From Nageia nagi (lineage: Eukaryota; Plantae; Pinophyta): a DNA stretch of 64,000 bases. Each line of letters starts with the position of its first letter. Within the stretch, counting starts at the first letter, position 1. The notes under the pieces were generated by a model. The model had not been told where the DNA came from and did not search any database. It saw only the letters and a program-made list of their open reading frames with translations. Position numbers and translations under genes: made by a program. The stretch lies in contig JBITNC010000001.1 of assembly GCA_050084985.1 (NCBI GenBank), positions 142,786,001-142,850,000 of the forward strand, in the 5' to 3' direction. Below, in pieces: positions 42,842 through 55,042 of the stretch.

Positions 42842-43509
42842 GTACCTTTTGAAAATTTTCCTTCATATCCATTTGACACTATTTCTAACCTATCATTATT
42901 TTTTTGTGTCTAATCCTTTTAGGAGGTTCAAATTGGTGATAAAGAGGCCATAGCTAGAGCCATTTCCTATCTATCATACCAACATCCATGCTAGGTTCCT
43001 TTCCACTTTTTTCATATGGTCAAAACTTTCAAGTCCCTTATCACTCATGTTAATAATATAAACATAATTTCATTTTCAAATCTACCTATAATCTAATTAT
43101 TGCTACTTAGGTCCATTTTTTCTTTAAAATTCCCCTAAACATAGACCTTATCAAACCTTGATTTTAGATTTCTAGAGTATAAATTTTTATTCCCACCTAT
43201 TGTCATGACCTGTTAAATTAAAACTAGATCCCATAATTCCTTAAAATGACCTATGCCCATGTTGGGTTCCCTTTAGTTTTTTTTATATATAAGACCCTTA
43301 ACACAATATTTAAGTCATTTCATTTATAAATAATCCATCACAATATATAATTATACATTAACCATGCATTATTCTAATACTTCAATTTTTTTAAAAAAAT
43401 AATGTCTTGAACAATTATGTCATAACCATTCCATAACACATTTGAAACTTAAGTAATAATATATATCAAACATATTAATAAAAAATAGGTGATACATTAT
43501 CTTTTCAAT

Positions 43510-46190
43510 AAAATACAACCATCCATCCAAACAAGTCCATATCAATCACCTATGCTAACACTACTAGTGGTACCATGGTGACTCCTAGCACTCCTAAAGA
43601 TCTTAGACTTAGAGGTAGTCCTACTCAAAAGAGGCCCCTTTAATGTAGTTTATTCCTCTAGTGCTACAAGCTAAGCTTGAAGGTGTACATTCTCATTGGG
43701 CAAGTCCTCTATCTTCTTGTTCTGCTCTAGAACTGTATCCATCATGCCTAGGAAGTTGTTGTCCTAAGAAGCCTTGTGTATCTTCCACAATGTATCTAAT
43801 ATGCTTCAAGGTTTCTACTCTAACCTTCAATCCATTGATCTACTCATCCTTGGTAGTAACCTCTTCCTTTAGGCCTTCCAATACATCCTTAGCTTATTAT
43901 CTCACAACCTTCTTTGAGTTTAGGTCTAATTTTGTTTGATATACAAAATCAAAATAAAGCATAGATGTTAATCATTTTTACATAAGTACTAACTTACAGG
44001 TATAGAAAAAATCATGCTTACTCAGATTCTTCTCAAGCTATTATTGGGTATTCATAATGGGAATCCTAATGGGCATATCTTATCCATCCTACTCCTCTTA
44101 GTCTAGTGGATCCTTCATATACATATCTTGTTCTTCCACCTCCTCTTACTCATAACCTTCCTCTTCCTCTTCCTCAACAACCTCATCCTCTATAACCTCC
44201 ACCAAATGCTCCAAATCATATAAATCAAGTGGATTTAGTCTTTCTCCATCCCACCATGTCAAGTATACCTAGTCAAAAGGAGGCCCATTAGGTGCCTCAA
44301 CTCCCTCATCACCAGAATCACTCCTTGACCCATGGTCTTATGGAGGATTCCACTCCTTTTCTCACTTGGGAGGTATCTCAAAAAGTTAGGTTCATGTGCC
44401 CTATATCTCTTAGTCTACACTACAAACTTATATTCTAAAGGAATGTTATGCCTCTTATTGAATTGCCTTCTTACCCTCTCAAGTTTATAAGGCTCCATAA
44501 AATTCTTTCTCATTTCAAGGTAACATGGTGTACATTACCAACCCAACTCACCCCCTAGTTCATTTTACCACTATGGAAAACCTATATATAGTCTATAGAT
44601 AAAATCCCCTACAAATTCAAAATCATATCTTTGTATTATTTATAAAAAAATAAACTAAACCAAAAATTGAAGTCTATATGGTAAGTTACTTACCATCCAT
44701 ATAACCATAAAACACCTTTTGGTATGCCTCCATGGTCTTATGGAATCATGTGATATTTCTCATCTGAGCTCATTGATACCATGTGGGATGATCAAGAGCT
44801 ATACTATGTATAGGAAACTCTCTAGGCCAAACCACTACGATATGCTCATAGGCCTAATACTAAAGCATAAATAAGTGTACTACCCTCTTATTGCTCTTTA
44901 CACCATCATAAAACTATGCAAGTAATGATAAATTTGGGCTATAATGTATGCAACCCAAGAATATCGATGACCCTAAGTCATCTCATACACTATACATATC
45001 AATCCAAGTATGAAAACATCATGAATCTTGTCCAGATAGATAATACTATCAATACATATAGCCATAATCAACCATACTCACCTAAATCTCTTCATATTTC
45101 CACTAAAGGCATGATGAAGGAAGGCATTCTTTTTTCCCTTATGATACTCCTCTAGTCTAGTAAGCCATTTTCTAGAAGCCTTGCATTGTGCATCTATCAT
45201 CCTCCCTAAAAGAAAATGGGATTCCCTTTTATGGGTACTCATAGGATCCTATGTATATCCTCTATAATAATAGTAATCTCTCTAGTTGGAAGGTGAAAGG
45301 TGTTGGTCCTCTCAGACCACCTCTTAATCAAGATTATGAGTAACTCCTTATCCACTCACACATACAAAGCATGAAGGAGGTAACCCATGCCAACATACTT
45401 CAATACCCCAATCTCATCCTCTATGATCTTATCCCTCCACATCATGCATTTATTATAGCTATAGGACATGGGTTCAAGTTCCATCAAGAATTGGCAACAC
45501 TATAATCAGAAATGCTAAGGTACTTATTAGCCATTTTTTACAAATTCATTCAAATTATAATATAATAATTTTATTTCATTATTTTTAGTGCATAATAAAA
45601 ATAACCATGATTGGAAAAATATCTCTTTAAATCAAAAATCACTCTACCATGCTAGCATCAACTCTCACATTAGTGCCTGTGTTGGGCCTTCTAAAGGTCA
45701 CATTTTTTTTAAATTTGGGGGAAAAGTACTTCCACCCCCTTAAAGTCATAAAAATATGTTTTCACATCTAAACATTATTGGAATAAATGCAAATTCATGG
45801 TATCCCTAGGTATAAAAACCCTAACCTTAGGGTATTTAGATGATTTTTCTATTTCCTACCCTATCTTGTAAATTACACTAAAAAATCACAAGATAGTTCT
45901 AGGAACTCACCACATATGTGGAAACCCTATTGTGTCAAAGTAGGTAATCCCAATGATTATCTTAGTCAGTAATCTTCATCCTATAAGCAAAAAAAAGATC
46001 AATAGCATTATCAAAAATACCAAAACTAATCCAAATTAGTATAATTCACATGCTAAATCACTTACCTCACTATGTAAAGTAACCTAAGCCCTCAAATCTT
46101 CTCCATAGGGATTACCACACTCCTCCTAGACTAGAGCTTAGATTGCAAAGAGTGAATATGTAAAATGAACCTCAATTTAGCATATTTAAA
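43510..46190 (-). pseudogene. Multi-exon PMD-domain gene, antisense within the Gag+PMD element
   Basis: IKRWSERTNTFHLPTREITIIIEDIHRIL*VPIKG (~45227-45330), *AYEHIVVVWP (WAYEH motif, ~44823-44855), MEPYKLERVRRQFN (~44457-44498) and an acidic tract (~44135-44200). Candidate GT-AG intron at 44693-44609, donors at ~46065, ~45910 and ~44021, acceptors at ~45981 and ~45500. Confidence 0.82.
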
Positions 46191-47586
46191 TCTAAATTAG
46201 GATACAATTAACAAGGCAAGCAATAATTGATAGCCACCTCATGCACCCAGCCTTCTCAAAACATAAATTTCCATCTTATCATGCCAATTGAACTCATTTC
46301 CACATAATTCAATGAACAAATTCACTACAAACCTCAACATCTATGCTAATGTTAGCACTTGCATTGGACACCAGTGCATCTACTATCATTCCTAAATATT
46401 TACTTTCTTACCTTGAAAATCATGAACACTCCAGCTAAATGTGATCTAAAAATAAATATATGACTAACATATATTTGAGAATGAGGTTTTTGTAGGAATG
46501 AACAAACATCCAATTTAAGAATGATGTATTCCTCGCATGTCTATTCTTGGGTTTGACCCACTCATCATAAAATCAAGCACTTTCTTAGCATTTATCAAGT
46601 ACAAAAATATCATTTGTAAGTATATAAATTATATTACATAATGCAATTGTAATAGCATATACATGTAGTACATTTTCACTAGTGTCAACACTAAAACTAA
46701 TGTGGACACTTGGACACAAAGGTATAAATCAAGTAGAATCAACATAAATTTACACAATGGGTAAAACATAGGAAATAATTCTATCCTTATCTATACTTTG
46801 CATTTAATCATATGCATGATTGGGAAATATTTAAATTAATCATCTTGGAATCACCTTTTTTGTTTGGGTATCAACTAATCATCACATTTGAGAATGGGGC
46901 ATGTACCACATGATGACGAATGACATATCACATAACATGGTTGTGAAATATTCAAAACATTTATGTCTTTGAGTCACCTTTGTTGGTTGGGTCTCAACTA
47001 TCCATCACCAGGTAGTTTTTACGATTCATATGTTACATTTAGGAATATGGTATGTAACTCATGTTAATGTTAACATCTATTGTTCTAATTGGATGTATTC
47101 CATCTAGGAATGGGACATGTACCCCATGATTATATGGACACACCTTTTATCATGATTTCTTATTGATGGATCTAAGAATGAAAAATTGAGTATTTTTTTA
47201 TTAAGTGTTCTCAATATGATATATGCATATTATATTAATTTCATCATTACTCCATTATTGCTATGTAATTTGTGATGAATTATTATGATGTTTATTCTTA
47301 TTACCACTACTATATATTTTATGAGTTAACAATCACATATGTTCTTGGAAGTGTGTGCCTATCATTTTAATATTTCATTCTTTGCTCTTGGTTAATTATA
47401 CTACATGCAAGCCATTGCATCTCACAACCAAGGCAAATAGGGGGTAATATACATCATCAAATCCTTGATAATTTAGATAACTCAACTAGGGAAATGTCAA
47501 ATTTTGCTTCTCTTTACCTTTACTTACTTTGCAAGCATAACATCATTTTAAGATTCAATTTTATTATACTTACAAAGTGGGGCATA

Positions 47587-48391
47587 TGTTTACAAAAAAA
47601 TGTGGTTCCCTTAACATGGTCCCACTTAGGTGCAACTCTACATATATGTCATAGTCATATTTAGTCATATTTTAGTTATATTTTACATTATTATCATATA
47701 GTTCTCATGTTGCATTCTTATTTTTATGTTAGGTACATCAAGACAGCTTCAACCAATATTCAAGGAATAAACTGGTGATACAATTCTTGATATAAATCTA
47801 AGTATCTCTAACCTAGGGAAAGCATGTCAAGATTACATGTTGATAGTTGGAAGCCTACTCTTGGTGTTTCTAAACACCACCTATTGAGATTGGAATCTTG
47901 TTATCAGTTGAGAAAATATCTATTATCCATCTTCACAATCATATGCTTGGTTCAATTTATCATCATATTTGCTATCATTCACTCTTGTTGGTAAACATAA
48001 TATTATCAAAATATTAGCATCTGTGTTGATGTTCATGCCCTCGTTGAGCTCTTGAATATTAGTACTTTTGCTGGTATTTCTTCTATAGTTGGCCTTAGGG
48101 TTCACATAGCAATGTCACTACTCTTCAACAAGTTTTTCCATAATATCCTCAACTATGAAATAGGTAATGACACATATGTATTTATTTTTTACTTTATTCC
48201 TCACTCTTTAGTGTGTGTAGTTCATTTTACATCTTGATATCAATGTACTTCATTATTTTGTTGTGAAATTGTTATATTCCCTTATTCATGTATGTTTATT
48301 TGAATTAACTTAGATAAATTATACTTAAATATTTATGTGTATTTATTTGATTTAGGATAAAACCCTAGGTGTATCAAAACACATATCAATA
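47587..48391 (+). repeat. 3' LTR of the Gag+PMD element
   Basis: TGTTTACA...ACATATCAATA, preceded by the PPT AAAGTGGGGCATA; homologous to 13455-14268. Confidence 0.85.
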
Positions 48392-49669
48392 AAAGACTTA
48401 TTTATATTATCATTTGGATGAAGATTATAATTGGCTACATAACAACTTAATATATCTTCATACTAGTTAATCAAGATACTATCAAATGCTTTGATAGTAC
48501 AAAAATGTTATTATAGGTATACCTTATCCTCCCTATATTATTAATCATCATGGATGAAATGCTAGATAGGATAATTAGAAAGTAAAATGAGAATGGAGAA
48601 ATGAAAGTTTTACATGTGTCTAAAGAGTAGCCAATGTTGTATACCTCGAATTTATTAATAATACCATATTATTTACTAATACAAGTGGCTAAATAATTTG
48701 AACAAATCATAAACAAGTATGATATTTGTTTTTCACTTCAAATTAATTTTGGTAAATAAATTTTAAAAAAATTATAAGTTACTTCATCACACCCAATGAA
48801 TAGGAAAAAAAATAAAAATACCATCAAGGAATTAGGAATAAAAAAATTGCTATCAATATATATTTAAGACTTTCCCTCCTTGAAGGTAATGAGAAATCAA
48901 ACATTTTAAACACCATAATAAATAAATTAAGATAAAATAAGTAAAATGGAAAGGAAACTATCATAGTGTAGTTCAAAAATCATATTTATTTATAATCACT
49001 CTTTAAACCTTGTATATATGTATGTTATCAATATTAAAAATTATTAAATAAATAAATATGGTATTATAATCTATATAAAATAACTTCTTATTTTGAGGAA
49101 CAAAAGAAAAAATAAGATTTATAAATATAATTCGAACTATGTTTATATTAAAAATATTAAATTAGAACTTAAAGTAGAATACAATTTCTAAATAAATCCA
49201 TAGTTACAAAGACAGTATGAAGGATTATTGAAGAAAAAAACTCATGTCTAATATTATTTATAAAATATTACATTATGGAGAAAGATGAACACTAGATATC
49301 TCTAATGCCTCCCAAGTGCAAGGTTGATTGGTTGCATTGAATCAAGTCAATGAGGTGTAAGCATTACAAAAAAAAAAAAAATGCTCCTATTAAAATATTA
49401 TTTTTTATTATGTTGGGAAGATTTTGAAAGGGTCCCAAACCTTTAACAAAGTAGATTAAAATTCAATACATAGCATTGCCATGTGTTATTTGAAATATAT
49501 CACCATTATGTAAGAAATCATATTTGAACTTGGGCATCTCTTTACATCATTTGAGAGTTGCAACACTCAATGTTCTACCAACTCCCCTATAATCTCATAA
49601 TGTTCCTATTAAAAATAGTAAAAGGATAAAATATAAAGTTTAAGAAGATAAATGGAAAGAGAAAATAGT
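48392..49669 (+). mobile_element. LINE ORF2 RT fragment 2
   Basis: YIFILVNQDTIKCFDS (SILVNG region), PILLIIMDEMLDRII (follows the QGDPLSP region), LEFINNTILF (decayed FVDD box) and IYLRLS (YLGLP-like). Confidence 0.65.
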
Positions 49670-50215
49670 TGTTAGGATTTAATAAGTTTATATAAGCAAG
49701 AGCATCAGTAATTCTCTTACTCCTTAGCAAAAGAAACAACATTCAAAACACACTACTGAAATCAAATAACCATGAACATCAATCACACAAAGAGAGACAC
49801 AAGAGATAACGTGGTTCACCCAATGTAGGCTACATCCACGGAGAAGCTTTCAACCCTTTTGCATATCATTCTTCAAAATACTTCAAGCAACAAACCAGCA
49901 GCATAACCTTGCTACAATCTTCACTTTGGAGTTACAACAAAATCTCACTACAATCTCTCTCTCTCAACAATCACAATCTACTTCACAATTGCTGTCAAAA
50001 CTACAATAATGCATGCCTCAACTCAAGCCTCTTATTTATAGGTACAAACTAACCCAACTTAAACCCAAGTTGGATCAGGAAGGTCGTTAGGTAACCCCCA
50101 ACCCTTCTATAACTGATAACTAGGTGTCATGGCTTCTTGGCAACTAAAATTTGGTGTTAAACAGAAAGAAACTGCTCTCTATTTTCTAACTGGTTGTAGT
50201 CTCCATTTTCTAACA
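49670..50215 (-). repeat. Copia 3' LTR
   Basis: Direct repeat of 54233-54778. Confidence 0.97.
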
Positions 50216-50226
50216 ATCTCCCACTT
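50216..50226 (-). promoter_or_regulatory. Copia polypurine tract
   Basis: AAGTGGGAGAT on the minus strand, immediately before the 3' LTR. Confidence 0.9.
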
Positions 50227-50275
50227 GGAGACTTCTTCCTCTGCAACAAGGGTCAAAAGCTTCTCATCTTGGCCT

Positions 50276-53200
50276 TTACTCCTTAAGACCAATCCAAGTT
50301 GAGCAAGAGCCCAACTTCTCCTTTGTAAAAACTTTAGTGAACATGTTCACAGGATTTTGAGACGTGTGAATCTTCCCCAAACTGACTGAACCATCCTCCA
50401 ACGCTGTCCTGATGAAGTGGTACCTCAATTTGATATGCTTGATTCTCAAATGGTAGGCTGAGTTCTTTGCAAGATGAATAGCACTCTGGCTATCGCTCCA
50501 TAGCTTTGCATCCTCCTGCACCTTTCCTAGTTCCTCCATCAATCTCTTCAACCAAATCAATTCTTTACTTGCCTCCGTGATCGCAACATACTCTACCTCA
50601 GTAATGGAGAGAGCCACAACCTGTTGGAGCTTTGAAATCCAACTCACTATTGTACCTCCAATGGTAAACACATATCTTGTAGTGCTTCTCCCACCATCTA
50701 TATCACCTGCCATGTCAGAATCAACATAACCTTGCAAACAAGAGTTAGATCCACCAAAACATAAAGAGTAATGAGAAGTACTCCTTAAATACCTAAGGAT
50801 CCATTTAACTGCTTCCCAATGCCCTTTTCCTGGATTATTCATGAATCTACTAACCACTCCCACTGCTTGTGCTATATCTGGTCTAGTGCACACCATTGCA
50901 TACATTAAACTCCCAACCGCCGAAGCATAGGGAACTTTAGTCATGTACTCCTTTTCCTTATCTGTCTTAGGACTTAAATGTTTGGTGAGTTTAAAATGCT
51001 TTGCCAATGGTGTAGTTACAGATTTTGCATTATTCATATTGAACCTTTTAAGAACCTTATCAATATAATCTTCTTGACTTAGTCTAAGCAAGTGGTTTTG
51101 TTTATCTCTTGTTATTTTCATTCCAAGTATTTGTTTAGCTTCACCCAAATCCTTCATTTCAAAAGTATTAGCCAACTTTTCCTTAAGATCAACAATATCT
51201 TGCATACTAGATCCTGCTACCAACATATCATCCACATATAAAAGCAAGATTACATAGTTGCCATTTATTGTCTTCTTTACATACACACAATGATCAGATT
51301 GACATCTTACAAATTTATTTATTATCATGAAAGTGTCAAACTTATGATACCATTGCCTAGGTGCTTGCTTCAAACCGTACAAGCTCTTTTCCAATTTACA
51401 TACATACCCTTCTTTACCTTTGACCTTAAAACCTTCGAGTTGATGCATATAAATATCCTCCTCCAAATCCCCATGAAGGAAAGTTGTCTTTACATCCAAT
51501 TGTTCAAGAAACAAATTTTCAGTAGCAACAAGACTCAATATTGCTCTAATCGAGGTCATTTTAACAACTGGAGAAAAGATCTCATTATAATCTATACCTT
51601 TTTTCTGTTCAAAACCTTTTACCACAAGTCTTACCTTGTACCTTTGTCGCCCATCTACCTCTTCCTTTATCCTGTACACCCATTTGTTAGTAAGTGCCTT
51701 TTTACCCTCTGGAAGCTCAATCAAACTCCAAGTTTGATTCTTAATTAAGGATTCCATCTCCTCCTTCATAGCATGCTCCCACTTAATCTGTGTATCACCC
51801 TGCATAGCTTCATCAAAACATTCAGGTTCACCACCATCAGTATAAAGAATATGATAAAGAGCAGGAGAGTATCGTTTAGGAGGATTTCTAGTCCTTGAGG
51901 ACCTTCTAAGTGACAAAGTTTGAGGTGTTTGTGGTGGAGGTGCTTGAACATTATTATTATCAGGACCCTTATATTGATCAACATCTTCTAGAGATACAAA
52001 CTTGGGTTCCTCAACATTTTGCAATCTATCTTTATACATGCTTTTCTCATTGAATACAACATCTCTACTTCTAATGATTTTATGGTTATCAACATCCCAT
52101 AACCTATATCCCAAATCATTAACACCATATCCAACAAAATAGCATTTTTATGATTTTGCATCAAGTTTCTTTCTATCCTCTTTATCAACATGTGCAAAAG
52201 CCTCACAACCAAAGACTCTCAAGAATGAGTAATTCACCTTTTTACCTGTCCACATCTCCTTTGGAATGCCTCCATCTAAAGCCATAGATGGACCCCTGTT
52301 AATCAAGTAAACAGCAGTGTCAATAGCATCATCCCAAAGATTCAAAGGAAACCTAGCATGTATCCTCATACTTCTAGCCCTTTCTAAGATAGTCCTATTC
52401 ATTCTTTCTGCAACCCCATTTTCCTGTGGAGTTCTAGGGACCACCTTAATCCTTCTAATGCCATTGTGTGAACAAAATGAATCAAACTCATTATTGCAAA
52501 ATTCCCCACCATTATTGGACTTAAGACATTTCAACTTAGAATTAGTTTCATTCTCAACCAATGCCTTCCACCTCTTAAATGTTTCAAACACATCAGACTT
52601 CTTTTTAATACAGTATACCCATATCTTTCTAGTACAATCATCAATAAAAGTGACAAAATAAGATGAGCCTCCAAGTGAGCAAACCTGTACAGGACCCCAC
52701 ACATCTGTATGAACAAGCTCTAATTTGTGACTCTTCTTTTCTTTGCCAACTTTAAGAAAATTAACCCTTTTTTGTTTTCCATACACACAATCTTCACAAA
52801 ATCCTAAATCAACTTCTTTAAGATTAGGGAGTGAACCATTAGAATGTAACATTTTCATACCTTTCTCACTCATATGTCCAAGTCTATTATGCCATAGTGA
52901 TGTATCATTGCCTATTGAAACAAGATTCAATGAATAATCAAAGACATTTGTGAGCAAATAAAGAGTCCCCACCAAATTTCCCTTTGCAAATACCATTGAA
53001 CCTTTAGTTACTTTCCAACTAGCATCCCCGAATGTCATCACATAGCCCTCCTTATCCAATTTACTTGTTGATATAAGATTTCTTTTAAGATCTGGAATGT
53101 GTCTAGCTTCATTAAGAGTCCATTGTGTTCCATTAGGTAATTTCATTGTTATATTGCCAATACCAACAATCTTGCATGGGTGTTCATTACCTAATAATAC

Positions 53201-54154
53201 TTGACCAAAGTCACCATGTGTGTAATTTGAAAAATAGTTCTTATGTGGAGTAGCATGATATGGAGCACCCGAATCAAGAACCTAATAATCATCATTCTTT
53301 TCATTAGACATGATTAAAGCATCTTGAATTAATTCACCAACAATATTTGCCTCTTGGTTACTTGTGCTTTCATTATTATAATTACTACTTTCACTTTCTT
53401 TTCCTTTTCTATTCCAACAATCCCTTTTAATGTGACCCTTTTTACCACAATGCCAACATTCTAATTTAGTTTTACCTTTTGATTTTGACCTTCCTTGCGA
53501 TTTGCTTCTTGACTTGCTTCTCCTTCTTTCCTTTGATCTTCCTCTTGCCTCTACTGTGAGAGCAGCATTGGAGCATTCTCCCGTGGACTTTCTCCTCATG
53601 TCCTCACTAAGAATTGTTCCAACAACTTCATCAAAGACCAATTTTGCATTAGAAGAAGAATTACTAATAGCCATAACAAAGCTATTCCAACTATCTGGAA
53701 GTGAACATATTATTAACAAAGCTCTTACTTCATCTTCAAATTCTATTTTTACTGAAGTTAATTAATTTGTGACTGTGTTAAATTCATTAACATGGTCTTG
53801 AACTGAACTACCTTCATTCATCTTCATGTTAAACAATTTCTTCATTAAGTATACTTTGTTTGAGGCAGATGGTTTTTCATACATTTTAGCAAGCTTATCC
53901 ATTACACCTTTAGTAGTTTTTTCATTGGAAATATTGAAAGCTACACTAGAACTTAAACAAAGTCTTACAGCTCCCAAAGCCTTTCTATCCAACAAGTTCA
54001 ATTCTTCATCACTCATAGAAGTGGGTTTCTTACTCTTATCTTCTAGAGGTTGATAGAGATCCTTTTGGTAGAGGTAGTCTTCCATTTGCATTTTCCAAAA
54101 CTGAAAACCTTGCCCATTAAATCTTTCCACCTTTAGCCTCCCTTCTTCTGCCAT
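50276..54154 (-). pseudogene. Copia gag-pol polyprotein (gag-PR-INT-RT-RH) in one frame with three premature stops
   Basis: The four ORF-track segments share one frame from MAEEGRLK (ATG at 54154). CCHC CWHCGKKGHIKRDC; protease *VLDSGA; HHCC WHNRLGH...CEDC; INT HTDVWGP...NGVAERMNRT; RT YGLKQAPRQWY and YVDDML; RH DSDMAGD. Stops at 53762-53764, 53282-53284 and 52148-52150. Confidence 0.96.
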
Positions 54155-54218
54155 AGTGCTCTTCCTGGTTTCTAATCTACACACAAGATTCACCAACAAA
54201 ATCCAAACACAACAACAA

Positions 54219-54230
54219 GCTCTGATACCA
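54219..54230 (-). promoter_or_regulatory. Copia PBS (tRNA-iMet)
   Basis: TGGTATCAGAGC on the minus strand, 2 nt after the 5' LTR. Confidence 0.95.
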
Positions 54231-54232
54231 CT

Positions 54233-54778
54233 TGTTAGGATTTAATAAGTTTATATAAGCAAGAGCATCAGTAATTCTCTTACTCCTTAGCAAAAGAAAC
54301 AACATTCAAAACATACTACTGAAATCAAATAACCATGAACATCAATCACACAAAGAGAGACACAAGAGATAACGTGGTTCACCTAATGTAGGCTACATCC
54401 ACGGAGAAGCTTTCAACCCTTTTGCATATCATTCTTCAAAATCCTCCAAGCAACAAACCAGCAGCATAACCTTGCTACAATCTTCACTTTGGAGTTACAA
54501 CAAAATCTCACTACAATCTCTCTCTCTCAACAATCACAATCTACTTCACAATTGCTGTCAAAACTACAATAATGCATGCCTCAACTCAAGCCTCTTATTT
54601 ATAGGTACAAACTAACCCAACTTAAACCCAAGTTGGATCAGGAAGGTCGTTAGGTAACCCCCAACCCTTCTATAACTGATAACCATGTGTCATGGCTTCT
54701 TGGCAACTGAAATTTGGTGTTAAATAGAAAGAAACTGCTCTCTATTTTCTAACTGGTTGTAGTCTCCATTTTCTAACA
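54233..54778 (-). repeat. Copia 5' LTR
   Basis: Direct repeat of 49670-50215. Confidence 0.97.
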
Positions 54779-55042
54779 ATAGTTTTAAATAATATCCAAG
54801 AATTTAAATAACTCATATGAGTCCTTGAGGTTGAATGATGAATAACCTTCAATAAATATACAATAAAGGTCCATAATGTAATTAAGCTATTTGGTATAAA
54901 TATATAAGTTATCTCTATGAGGATCAAGGTAATTTTCATTTATAGTTAAATGGATTTCACAATTTGAGTGAAGAAGGACCTAACTAACTAATATCTCTAA
55001 ATAAACATTTGGTTGATATATAGTGGGTAATCATTATTTGAA

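Larger units (their letters stand above)
13455..48391 (+). mobile_element. Non-autonomous Tat-like LTR retrotransposon (Gag + antisense PMD, no pol); ~9.6 kb without its nested insert
   Basis: Homologous ~810-bp LTRs at 13455-14268 and 47587-48391. PBS TGGTGCCCACC at 14272, PPT AAAGTGGGGCATA at 47574-47586, and an imperfect TSD AAATA (13450-13454) / AAAGA (48392-48396). LINE RT is continuous across the insertion site. Confidence 0.85.
49670..54778 (-). mobile_element. Young full-length Ty1/copia element (Tnt1/Tork-like), 5109 bp
   Basis: 546-bp LTRs at 49670-50215 and 54233-54778 with ~8 mismatches, TG...CA ends, TSD ATAGT (49665-49669, 54779-54783), tRNA-iMet PBS and PPT. Confidence 0.98.

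Noticed and set aside
43201-43212. TGTCATGACC, similar to the solo-LTR start at 29673
   Set aside because: Similarity does not extend, and no matching end or TSD was found.
49367-49381. Poly(A) run as a retroposon tail
   Set aside because: It lies inside the LINE ORF2 remnant with no TSD or SINE boxes, so it is probably a simple homopolymer.
51290-54053. Plus-strand and alternate-frame ORFs overlapping the copia polyprotein
   Set aside because: These are shadow ORFs of a coding region with no recognisable motifs.
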